Shown in pieces: positions 36,044 to 43,451 of a stretch of 46,444 nucleotides of DNA. This stretch comes from a virus. The position numbers were made by a program, and so were the translations under genes. Location of the stretch: IMG/VR virus record IMGVR_UViG_3300044780_000040; one strand, given 5' to 3'. Position 1 is the stretch's first letter. The number at the start of each line of letters is the position of its first letter. The notes under the pieces are model-generated. The model had not been told where the DNA came from. It did no database searches and saw nothing but the letters and a program-made list of their open reading frames with translations.

Positions 36044-36206
36044 CATCGACGATCCCTCTGAGGAAGATCCTCAAGAGATCATGAACCGCTACACCGCAAT
36101 CATAGACGAAGCCCTCGACAACGCCCTCAAAGAGGAAGCTGTCGACTACCTATTGACTTGCGAAGAAGTTTCCGACGAACCAACGTCGCCCGCAAAACCC
36201 GAATAG
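36021..36206 (+). CDS. Hypothetical acidic protein (61 aa)
   Basis: ORF ending 8 nt before a terminator hairpin. Confidence 0.4.
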   Translation: MKLKLTINIDDPSEEDPQEIMNRYTAIIDEALDNALKEEAVDYLLTCEEVSDEPTSPAKPE

Positions 36207-36213
36207 CACCTTT

Positions 36214-36245
36214 CTGGGAGGAGAGCCCCTCCTCCCAGCCTTTTC
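36214..36245 (+). terminator. Rho-independent terminator
   Basis: Perfect 10-bp stem ctgggaggag / ctcctcccag with a 5-nt loop, followed by ccTTTTct. Confidence 0.7.
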
Positions 36246-36260
36246 TATCTGGAGAGTAAG

Positions 36261-36686
36261 ATGACCCGCTCGAAGCATATGCCTCTTAGCTCCTTCGGTG
36301 CAGAACTGCAAGAAGTAATGCGTCAAGGCGCGAATAAAGAAATCCGTATCACCTTCGACACCGAAGCACTAGCGACCAGATTCTTGCACCGGATCAACAC
36401 CCTTCGCGTCGCAATGAAGCGCGAAAAGCATCCCGACTGGGAACAGCTATACCGCTGTAGCGCCCGAAAAGACGAGCAAGATCCCAAAATTCTCATAGTC
36501 GCCCCCCGCGACTCCGAATTCCTACCAGCACTCAAATCCGCCGGGATCGCAGTCGTTGAACCAGAAATCAGTGAATACAAAGTTCCAACCCCTGCTCCCG
36601 ATTCGGGTGGGGTCGAAGACTTTCTTGGAGAGCTTCGTGACGTCACAACTGTACCGAAAAAGACCCCCGGTCTCGACAAGCTCTGA
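36261..36686 (+). CDS. Hypothetical protein (141 aa); ends TPGLDKL
   Basis: GGAGAG lies upstream of the ATG. This is the first gene after the terminator. Confidence 0.6.
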   Translation: MTRSKHMPLSSFGAELQEVMRQGANKEIRITFDTEALATRFLHRINTLRVAMKREKHPDWEQLYRCSARKDEQDPKILIVAPRDSEFLPALKSAGIAVVEPEISEYKVPTPAPDSGGVEDFLGELRDVTTVPKKTPGLDKL

Positions 36687-36732
36687 AATACTTATCGAGA
36701 CCTCGAATTTTCATGTTGATCGTGGCTTAATT

Positions 36733-36765
36733 TGGGGCCATTATCAGTGCGATAACAGGCCCATT
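36733..36765 (+). promoter_or_regulatory. Copy c of the 33-nt palindromic motif (TGGGGCCATTATCAGTGCGATAACAGGCCCATT), 19 nt upstream of the RHH-like gene
   Basis: Intergenic between 36686 and 36785. TTGATC lies 17 nt upstream of CATTAT, so a sigma70-type promoter could overlap the motif. Confidence 0.6.
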
Positions 36766-36784
36766 CTATCTCGAGTTCACTAAA

Positions 36785-36991
36785 ATGAGCCGCCAGAAGA
36801 CCCCCGAACCTTACGTTCAACAGAAGGTATCTTTTCCCGCAACCCTCTTAGCTCGCTTCTCACGTTTCCATTGGGACCCGGTCTTGAATAAGATGGAGTA
36901 CGGTGCAATTTCGCGCGTTATGACCGACTTGTTGACCGACTACGTAAACAGACGTGAGAATCCAGAACCCGAAAAGGAGAAGACCACTTGA
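36785..36991 (+). CDS. Putative ribbon-helix-helix (Arc/CopG-like) DNA-binding protein
   Basis: 68 aa. QQKVSFPATLLARFSRF is a beta-strand-like segment, followed by two predicted helices. Confidence 0.35.
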   Translation: MSRQKTPEPYVQQKVSFPATLLARFSRFHWDPVLNKMEYGAISRVMTDLLTDYVNRRENPEPEKEKTT

Positions 36992-37221
36992 CCCAGATTA
37001 TGGACTCTTACGAGCACCTTAATTCTTGGGACCCGGTTAAGCTCTTCGAGCGCCGGTCCGCTTTGATCGGCGCCGCTCCGAATGGCGATTTTAAGCAATT
37101 GAGCGATGAAGCTTTGCAAGAATTAGTGGCAATCGCCCGAGTCTTGCGAAAGAAAACCTCCCCCGCAGCCCGCGTCTCTGGCGGAAAGAAAGCCATAACG
37201 CCAACCCTGGACGTTCTGTGA
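36988..37221 (+). CDS. Hypothetical protein (77 aa, TTG start); ends TPTLDVL
   Basis: AGGAG lies 8 nt upstream of the TTG. Confidence 0.5.
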   Translation: MTQIMDSYEHLNSWDPVKLFERRSALIGAAPNGDFKQLSDEALQELVAIARVLRKKTSPAARVSGGKKAITPTLDVL

Positions 37222-37865
37222 TGTTTCTAGACCTTCCAACATTCGTATTCCTGAATGGACCCACCGACGCAGGGAAATCGACTCTAGCATCTCTTATAGT
37301 CGATTTAGACCAACACACGATGGTCGAATCTCTCGCCGAACCAATCCGTCAAATGATATATGGGACCTTCTTTCCAGAAGAGGGTCCCATCGATTATTCT
37401 TTCGACCTTCGTGACTCAAAGACGAAAAGAGAAAACCTATTCACCCTCGCAAAACTGAACTTCGAATCAAGACCCGACGACGAAATCCCTCCCGCCGACA
37501 TCCGCGACACCATGATCGACTTCGCCGACGACTTCATGAGAGCCAAATTCGGCACAGAAATCTTCGGCCGGCTTCTCTTGAAGCGTTGCCTCGAACAACA
37601 ACAGTTCTACAAACACTTCATCATTGACGACGTTGGTTTCACCGACGAGGTGAAGTTCATAGTCAACTTCGTAGGCCCCGACAACTGCCATCTGATCCGA
37701 ATCCACAGAGCTGGCTTCGAATTCCGCGGAGACAACCGAAACTACATCTCTCTCCCAGGGGTCCAGACCCTAGACCTCAATAATAATGGGGACCCCGACG
37801 AGATGTTAGACACGCTCGCCGCCGAATTTCGCGCCGCCGAACCTCCCACATTGGACACCCTCTAA
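37221..37865 (+). CDS. P-loop (deoxy)nucleotide kinase-like protein; ends PPTLDTL
   Basis: Walker A in FVFLNGPTDAGKSTLA. Its size and architecture resemble phage dNMP kinases. The ATG overlaps the upstream TGA. Confidence 0.5.
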   Translation: MFLDLPTFVFLNGPTDAGKSTLASLIVDLDQHTMVESLAEPIRQMIYGTFFPEEGPIDYSFDLRDSKTKRENLFTLAKLNFESRPDDEIPPADIRDTMIDFADDFMRAKFGTEIFGRLLLKRCLEQQQFYKHFIIDDVGFTDEVKFIVNFVGPDNCHLIRIHRAGFEFRGDNRNYISLPGVQTLDLNNNGDPDEMLDTLAAEFRAAEPPTLDTL

Positions 37866-38113
37866 TGTCTCTAATCGAACTAATCGTAATGCGTCTTTCA
37901 GACATGCACCGCATGCACCCCGAGCAGATCACCTCACACTGCTCTAAATGCGGACATGAAGTCGGGATCTATCCCTCCGGCCAGCGTGTCTTGAAAGAAC
38001 ACCCCTCCACCCGAATAATCTGCCAAATCTGCCGAGGCGACCGCCCCGACATCGCAATCCTCGCCCCCGGCGCAGAGCACGAAATCCTCGAATCCAAGGA
38101 TCGAAAAGAATGA
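37865..38113 (+). CDS. Hypothetical Zn-ribbon protein (82 aa)
   Basis: CSKCGH...ICQICR. TAATG overlap with the upstream stop. Confidence 0.55.
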   Translation: MSLIELIVMRLSDMHRMHPEQITSHCSKCGHEVGIYPSGQRVLKEHPSTRIICQICRGDRPDIAILAPGAEHEILESKDRKE

Positions 38114-39159
38114 CCCCGCAAGCCGTCCTCCCGCAACACATCGACTCAACAATGATAAACAGCTTCAGAAGCTGTCACCAGAAATTCAAAAACGAGTTCA
38201 TCTTCGGCCTTCGACCCCCCGAGCCTTCGATCGATCTCCATGCGGGAGCCTGCTTTTCCGCAACCCTCGAAAGACTATACAGGGAGATCTATCACAATGG
38301 CCTTGACACTTCTGCTGCCCTTGCACGAGCATACGCGACTTTCACCCATGAATGGGGAGACTTTGTCATCCGAAAGGAAAAACATCCAAAGACTCCTGAG
38401 AATATGTGGGCCGCCATCGAAGACTATGTGCGGGTCTATCCTCCTAAATCTGATCGTGTTCAACCGTATTACTCCGGAGACGCGCCGTCACTTGAATTCT
38501 CTTTCGCGATCCCTCTGGAATTCCCAAATTTTCCACGGCACCCTGTTAGCGGAGATCCCTTTATCTACACTGGTCGATTCGATCTCTTTGGAAAGAGAGA
38601 TGAGCGGCCTGTCGTCCGAGATGAAAAGACTGCTCAACGTCTGGAGTCTAATTGGGCGGAGAAATGGGACCTCCGGTCTCAGTTCCTGGGCTATTGCTGG
38701 GCCTTGCAGCATAACGGAATACCTTGCAACACTGTCGTGGTTCGCGGAGTCATCGTTACCCTCACGACCATACGTCAGGTTGAGGCGGTCAAAATCTACC
38801 CTCAACACCTTATTGAGACCTGGTTTGAACAATTACGAAGAGATCTCATAAACATAACCGAATGTTGGAATGAAGGTTATTGGGACTACAATTTCGGTGA
38901 CTCCTGCACCCAATATTCACACTGCCCCTTCATGACCCTCTGCTCCAGCCCTCATCCCGAAAACTGGTACGAATCTTATGAGGTGAAGAGATGGAATCCC
39001 CTCAACCGAAATCCGAGCAGACAAGACCCATCATCCATTGCTGCGAATTTTGCCTCTACTGGGAATATACCACCCCAGTACCGATCACTGCTTTCTGCCA
39101 CCACGAATTCTGGAGTTGCGAGCAAGACAGCAGGTTCCGATGCCACTATTTTGCCCTGA
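38110..39159 (+). CDS. PD-(D/E)xK exonuclease, Cas4/RecB-family-like
   Basis: GRFDLFG...VVRDEKT gives the D and D/E-x-K motifs, and QFLGY gives QxxxY. The Cys set (SCHQ... and CTQYSHCPFMTLC) suggests an Fe-S cluster. The last 55 aa or so are low complexity and overlap the next ORFs. Confidence 0.7.
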   Translation: MTPQAVLPQHIDSTMINSFRSCHQKFKNEFIFGLRPPEPSIDLHAGACFSATLERLYREIYHNGLDTSAALARAYATFTHEWGDFVIRKEKHPKTPENMWAAIEDYVRVYPPKSDRVQPYYSGDAPSLEFSFAIPLEFPNFPRHPVSGDPFIYTGRFDLFGKRDERPVVRDEKTAQRLESNWAEKWDLRSQFLGYCWALQHNGIPCNTVVVRGVIVTLTTIRQVEAVKIYPQHLIETWFEQLRRDLINITECWNEGYWDYNFGDSCTQYSHCPFMTLCSSPHPENWYESYEVKRWNPLNRNPSRQDPSSIAANFASTGNIPPQYRSLLSATTNSGVASKTAGSDATILP

Positions 39160-39281
39160 GAGAACCCAAATGGAAAGATGCCCCTTCTGCTCAAGCACAA
39201 ATCTCGACGTCGGCTACGGACTCGCCGGAGGCGGAGGCCCCGGCGTCTACACCTACTGCCTCGACTGCGGACACATTCTAG
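38991..39281 (+). CDS. Hypothetical Cys/His-rich protein (96 aa), overlapping its neighbours
   Basis: GAGG lies upstream of the ATG. HCCEFCLYWEY...FCHHEFWSCEQDSRFRCHYF is Cys/His-rich, and the tail is low complexity. Confidence 0.3.
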   Translation: MESPQPKSEQTRPIIHCCEFCLYWEYTTPVPITAFCHHEFWSCEQDSRFRCHYFALREPKWKDAPSAQAQISTSATDSPEAEAPASTPTASTADTF

Positions 39282-39364
39282 CGAAGGTGAAAGATCATGG
39301 AATGGATTCTGATCCTGAACCTCCTGAGCGGACCAGTGACCCTGAGCCGTCCGTTCCCAAATGA
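39170..39364 (+). CDS. Hypothetical Zn-ribbon protein (64 aa)
   Basis: MERCPFCSSTNLDVGYGLAGGGGPGVYTYCLDCGHIL contains CPFC...CLDC. Confidence 0.4.
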   Translation: MERCPFCSSTNLDVGYGLAGGGGPGVYTYCLDCGHILAKVKDHGMDSDPEPPERTSDPEPSVPK

Positions 39365-39466
39365 AGAAGAGTGTCTCGGCGCGGGAGAGAAAGCTCTCCC
39401 CGCCTGCTCAATCGGAATCGGACCTTTCGGGTCGGTTTCCGAGACCTGTATTCCGAGGAGATATTT

Positions 39467-39700
39467 ATGTGTCCCACAACCAAAAAAGATCCTAATCGCT
39501 CCGCGACGGATCTCCCCTCCATGTCCGTTCGGATCGATTTGCAGAACAAAGAATTCGACGCCGTAGACAAACTCTGCGCTCGCTGGAGAATCTTACAAAA
39601 GGTCGCTGTCGTTGATGACGACTACCCCGAAATGCGCCATTATTACGAATCTGCTATGAAAGACCTGATCGATGCCATCAGAGCAAACGGGCGAATCTGA
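39467..39700 (+). CDS. Hypothetical protein (77 aa)
   Basis: GAGGAGA lies 5 nt upstream of the ATG at 39467. Confidence 0.55.
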   Translation: MCPTTKKDPNRSATDLPSMSVRIDLQNKEFDAVDKLCARWRILQKVAVVDDDYPEMRHYYESAMKDLIDAIRANGRI

Positions 39701-39986
39701 ACTAAAGTGCGAAATCTGTGGCCAGCCCGCAATCGGTGTAGCGAGCACCCTCATGCCCTACAGTTGCGCCTATTGCATTGAATGTGCTCGCCGTTTTGCT
39801 CAACCAAAAATCGTTTTTGTTTGCCTTTTTGAAGATTTCGCTCAAGGGTCCCTTTTGCGGGACGAGGTAATGGATCTGGAGACATACGAAAATGGACGCT
39901 ACATCACCTTCAGAGTATGGGCAAAAACCCATTCAACCACCAGCGACCCTTCTGTTCGGCCCCGCGGGGAGCGGCAAGACGACTAG
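39672..39986 (+). CDS. Hypothetical Cys-rich protein (104 aa)
   Basis: KCEICGQ...YSCAYCIEC. The 3' end overlaps the next gene by 95 nt. Confidence 0.45.
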   Translation: MPSEQTGESELKCEICGQPAIGVASTLMPYSCAYCIECARRFAQPKIVFVCLFEDFAQGSLLRDEVMDLETYENGRYITFRVWAKTHSTTSDPSVRPRGERQDD

Positions 39987-40809
39987 CCTTTCGACCTTCG
40001 CGAAACAAGGGATCGAAGTCTTCGTCATCATAACCGAGCCCACGGGGCTCGACTCCCTTCTCGATGCGTGGGCCAGAGAGAAACTCGACATCAACCTCTT
40101 GCACTGGTGCGTAGTTCCTCCCGCCGCCCCCGGCTGGACCGCTTTGAAAGAAATGGCAATCCGAATCCAAGCCATGAGCTATCAAGCTCTTTCAGAATTA
40201 AAGTCCGGAATCGGCAAAGATCAAATGAAGCAATATATGAAGCTTCTCACAAATCTAGAGAATTTCCATGACGAACGCACGCAGAAAGATTATGGCGATG
40301 TTACAAGCTGGGGAGACGATCGCGTTCTGGTCTTTGATTCTCTTTCTGGCATTAGCCTTATTGCACTCCAGCAGACCGTCGGATTCAAGCCCTCCCCCCA
40401 TCAAGGCGAATGGGGGATCGCCATGTCCGCAATCGAACAACTCCTTCTAAAAGTCTCCAGCGATTGCCAATGCTTCTTTGTCTTGACCGCCCATGTGGAG
40501 AAAGAACCCGATGAAATCACGGGCATGGCGAAGGTTCAAGTATCTACTCTGGGCAAGAAGCTTGCCCCCAAAATTCCCCGCTTCTTTAGTGAAGTCGTTA
40601 GATCCAGAAAAGACTCCACAGGCAAATTCTTGTGGTCTACCCTCGACGCGGAGTCTGATCTCAAGAATCGTGCGCTTCCCGCGGGATCTTCTCTGGATGC
40701 TGACTTCGCCCCGATCATAAAAGCTTACCACAAACGAAAAGAGATGCTAGAAGCTTCCGGCGCCGCAGCGGGAGCGGAGGCTAACACCAACCCTGCGGTG
40801 AGGGTCTAG
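39892..40809 (+). CDS. RecA-fold ATPase, AAA_24/Sak4-like recombination protein
   Basis: Walker A in LLFGPAGSGKTTS and Walker B in VLVFDSLSGISL. The size and the downstream ssDNA-binding-type gene fit a Sak4 module. Confidence 0.6.
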   Translation: MDATSPSEYGQKPIQPPATLLFGPAGSGKTTSLSTFAKQGIEVFVIITEPTGLDSLLDAWAREKLDINLLHWCVVPPAAPGWTALKEMAIRIQAMSYQALSELKSGIGKDQMKQYMKLLTNLENFHDERTQKDYGDVTSWGDDRVLVFDSLSGISLIALQQTVGFKPSPHQGEWGIAMSAIEQLLLKVSSDCQCFFVLTAHVEKEPDEITGMAKVQVSTLGKKLAPKIPRFFSEVVRSRKDSTGKFLWSTLDAESDLKNRALPAGSSLDADFAPIIKAYHKRKEMLEASGAAAGAEANTNPAVRV

Positions 40810-40811
40810 AC

Positions 40812-41288
40812 ATGCCATTCGATGCAGAAAAGTTCTTACATCAAACTATCGAAGAACCCATGTCTACAGTCATGATTCCTTGCCCCGAAGGGGAGTTCAA
40901 GGCATTCGTAGACGACGGAGACAAAGCCGTCACCTTTCGCGAAGGGGGAACTGACCGCAACGGAGAGAAACTTTCTCCGCAGTGCGTCGTCTTATTCGCG
41001 ATTATGGGGGACCAACTTCCGAACCAAATTCTGAAACGAGACAAGGTGCTCGTTCCGATGAACTGCTGGCTGGATCTCACTGAAGACGGAGCTTCCCTCG
41101 ATCTGAACGAGGGAAAGAACGTCAGTCTGGGCCGTCTGCGAAAGGCGCTCGATCAGAATGAGGGCAAGTGGAATCCCCTCATGATGAAGGGCAAAGGCCC
41201 CGTCATGATCAAGGTATCCCAGCGCTCGGACAAAACCGATCCTACAATCAAATATGCTGAGGTCAACCGAGTAAGCAAGATTACCTGA
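40812..41288 (+). CDS. Putative ssDNA-binding protein (DUF669-like)
   Basis: 158 aa, immediately after the Sak4-like gene. The PCPEGEFKAFV...VVLFAI pattern resembles DUF669. This is a low-certainty family call. Confidence 0.35.
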   Translation: MPFDAEKFLHQTIEEPMSTVMIPCPEGEFKAFVDDGDKAVTFREGGTDRNGEKLSPQCVVLFAIMGDQLPNQILKRDKVLVPMNCWLDLTEDGASLDLNEGKNVSLGRLRKALDQNEGKWNPLMMKGKGPVMIKVSQRSDKTDPTIKYAEVNRVSKIT

Positions 41289-41291
41289 GAT

Positions 41292-41322
41292 CCACCTCTC
41301 TAAGTGAGCATCTGAGAGGTGG
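41292..41322 (+). terminator. Stem-loop (9-bp stem ccacctctc / gagaggtgg) without a U tract
   Basis: Starts 4 nt after the stop at 41288. No T run follows, so it may be a stabiliser rather than a terminator. Confidence 0.3.
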
Positions 41323-41388
41323 CTAGTCGCCGGGGAGTCGTCTGCCCCCATCAGCCTCCCTGGCGGCGCCTTAAAGGACTCCAGACTT

Positions 41389-41679
41389 ATGTCGAATGAT
41401 CCACTTTTAGAACTAGAACTAGTGGAGATGAAAGTGTCAGCATTTCCGAGCGGCGTTGTAATCTTCTTCCGCATTATGACCCCCGACGCCCAATTGGCGA
41501 GGGGCGTCCATCTTGAAGGTCGCTCTGTACTCATTGGCGCCTCAGACTACCACCACAACGACTACGTTGTAGTCGACGAAAAAGGCGCCTTTCTGGCCTG
41601 CTACCCCCGCGAATTCGTCGCCGCCATAATGCCTCTAAAAACAGAGGGAGAGCCAGATGCATCTTATAAATCGCGCTGA
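41389..41679 (+). CDS. Hypothetical protein (96 aa)
   Basis: AAAGGA lies upstream of the ATG. Confidence 0.5.
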   Translation: MSNDPLLELELVEMKVSAFPSGVVIFFRIMTPDAQLARGVHLEGRSVLIGASDYHHNDYVVVDEKGAFLACYPREFVAAIMPLKTEGEPDASYKSR

Positions 41680-43027
41680 TCTCTTGATTGAAAAGCGCCA
41701 GCGAAAAGAGATCCCAAAACCCTCTCTTGAAGAACTAAAGGAATCCATTCTTGAAAACACTCTACTCCACGCCCCAGTGGTTCAAGAGAAGAACGGCAAA
41801 TACATTTTGGTTGTCGGCGAGCGCCGGACTCGCGCGCTCGACCTTATCGCTGCAGATGGCTTGGTCTTTGTATACAACAAAACCGACATCCTTCCCGGCA
41901 CAATCCCTGTCGTTTTGCTCGACGAGGCCATTTCTGACATCAAGCGTCAGGAAATCGAACTCGCAGAAAACACAGATCGTTTGGATATTCCGTGGCAAGA
42001 TCGTGTTGAGGCTCTTGCCTTTATCCATGAACAGAAAAAGAATCTTAATCCATATCAGTCCGTCGTTGAGACTGCGCGTGAGATTATTGAAGAAGAAGCG
42101 GCAGCCCTCGCCGGCCCGCAGGGCGGCCTCGCGCTTTCAACCGTCAGCAAGGCCGTTCGCCAAGCCGAGATCATCAATAAACACCTGGACAAGCCCGAGA
42201 TCCAAAAGGCCCGCAACGCCACTGAAGCCTTCAATCTCATCGTGGCGAATGAACAGCGCGCATTCGAAGCTGAATTGATCCGCCGAGGCCAAAAGAAAAT
42301 CATCACCATTGAGGTACGACATGGATCACTCCTCGACATCATGCCCCGACTCGACCCCGGGCAATTTGATACTATTCTGGCGGACCCCCCTTATGGAATC
42401 GACGTTGATAGCGCCGGTTTTCGATCCCGAACTGTCCATCACCACAACTATGCCGACACCCCAGACGCTGCAAGAAACCTCATCTCTTGCATCTTGTCCG
42501 AAGGATTTCGAGTTTGCAAATCAAGAGCAAACATATTCATATTCTGTGACATCGACCTTTTCGGATGGATCAAAGAAGCTTCAGCGCGTGCGGGGTGGGA
42601 CCCTTTTAGAACTCCGATCACTTGGCAGAAAAGTGATAGTGAAGGGATGGCTCCGTGGGGACGGGAGGGTTTTCGCCGCACCACTGAGTGGATCTTTTTC
42701 GCTCGAAAGGGGCAGAAAGGTCTTATACATTCTCCCATCGACCTTTTACGATATAATAGAGTCCCTCGAGATGAACGCGAATATGGACCTGAAAAACCGA
42801 CTGACCTTCTTAAAGCTCTGCTTTCTTGCTCCACTCTTCCTGGGGATTCTATTCTGGACCCTTGCTGCGGCAGCGGCTCTACTCTCATTGCTGCGCGCTC
42901 ACTGAATATGCGCGCCCTCGGCATAGAACCTGATGAGAAAGCGTACAACCTTGCTCTGGTAAAATCACAAACTCTAAGTCCGGAGCCTGCCTCTTCTCCC
43001 GCACAAAGTTCGCTGGAGGTTCTATGA
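41657..43027 (+). CDS. ParB-like N-terminal domain fused to a beta-class N6A/N4C DNA methyltransferase
   Basis: ILVVGERRTRAL carries the ParB GERR box. ILADPPYGI (motif IV) precedes DPCCGSGSTLIAA (motif I), the order found in beta-class enzymes such as CcrM/HinfI-type. Confidence 0.85.
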   Translation: MHLINRADLLIEKRQRKEIPKPSLEELKESILENTLLHAPVVQEKNGKYILVVGERRTRALDLIAADGLVFVYNKTDILPGTIPVVLLDEAISDIKRQEIELAENTDRLDIPWQDRVEALAFIHEQKKNLNPYQSVVETAREIIEEEAAALAGPQGGLALSTVSKAVRQAEIINKHLDKPEIQKARNATEAFNLIVANEQRAFEAELIRRGQKKIITIEVRHGSLLDIMPRLDPGQFDTILADPPYGIDVDSAGFRSRTVHHHNYADTPDAARNLISCILSEGFRVCKSRANIFIFCDIDLFGWIKEASARAGWDPFRTPITWQKSDSEGMAPWGREGFRRTTEWIFFARKGQKGLIHSPIDLLRYNRVPRDEREYGPEKPTDLLKALLSCSTLPGDSILDPCCGSGSTLIAARSLNMRALGIEPDEKAYNLALVKSQTLSPEPASSPAQSSLEVL

Positions 43028-43053
43028 CCGGGGGCGCAAAAAGGTAGAATACA

Positions 43054-43248
43054 ATGACCGAAGGCGCAACAAATCGCCATTGCATCAACTGCAAACTAAT
43101 CCGAACAACAGACAAAGCTCTCTTGATCGACGACGGAAAAGATAAGATTTGGTTCCCGAAATCTCAATGCGAAATATACGAACGCGCCGACGGAACACAT
43201 GATCTATTCGCTGAAGAATGGATTCTCAAAGCAAAGGGTCTCATATGA
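43054..43248 (+). CDS. Hypothetical small protein (64 aa)
   Basis: AAAGG lies upstream. KALLIDDGKDKIWFPKSQCE is a pattern common in small phage proteins. Confidence 0.55.
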   Translation: MTEGATNRHCINCKLIRTTDKALLIDDGKDKIWFPKSQCEIYERADGTHDLFAEEWILKAKGLI

Positions 43249-43451
43249 TCATCGATGACTTCAAAGCACTCCACCAAAGATGCAAAGAAATCTCGCCGCG
43301 AATGTTCGATACCGAATCCATGTCGCCACGAATCACTCCGCATCCATGCGGAGATCCTCGAATCGGAATAGACGAGAACGGTAAAATCGTCCCAATTCCA
43401 CCTCAAGCCAGACAGAAATCGAAGGAGTCATCTCGTGACCCAAAAGTCTAG
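43245..43451 (+). CDS. Hypothetical protein (68 aa)
   Basis: ATGA overlap with the upstream stop. Confidence 0.5.
   Translation: MIIDDFKALHQRCKEISPRMFDTESMSPRITPHPCGDPRIGIDENGKIVPIPPQARQKSKESSRDPKV

Noticed and set aside
38240-38851. 203-aa alternate-frame ORF inside the Cas4-like gene, and a 198-aa ORF (42309-42905) inside the methyltransferase gene
   Set aside because: Both are fully nested in genes with clear catalytic motifs in another frame. There are no SD sequences and the composition is low complexity.
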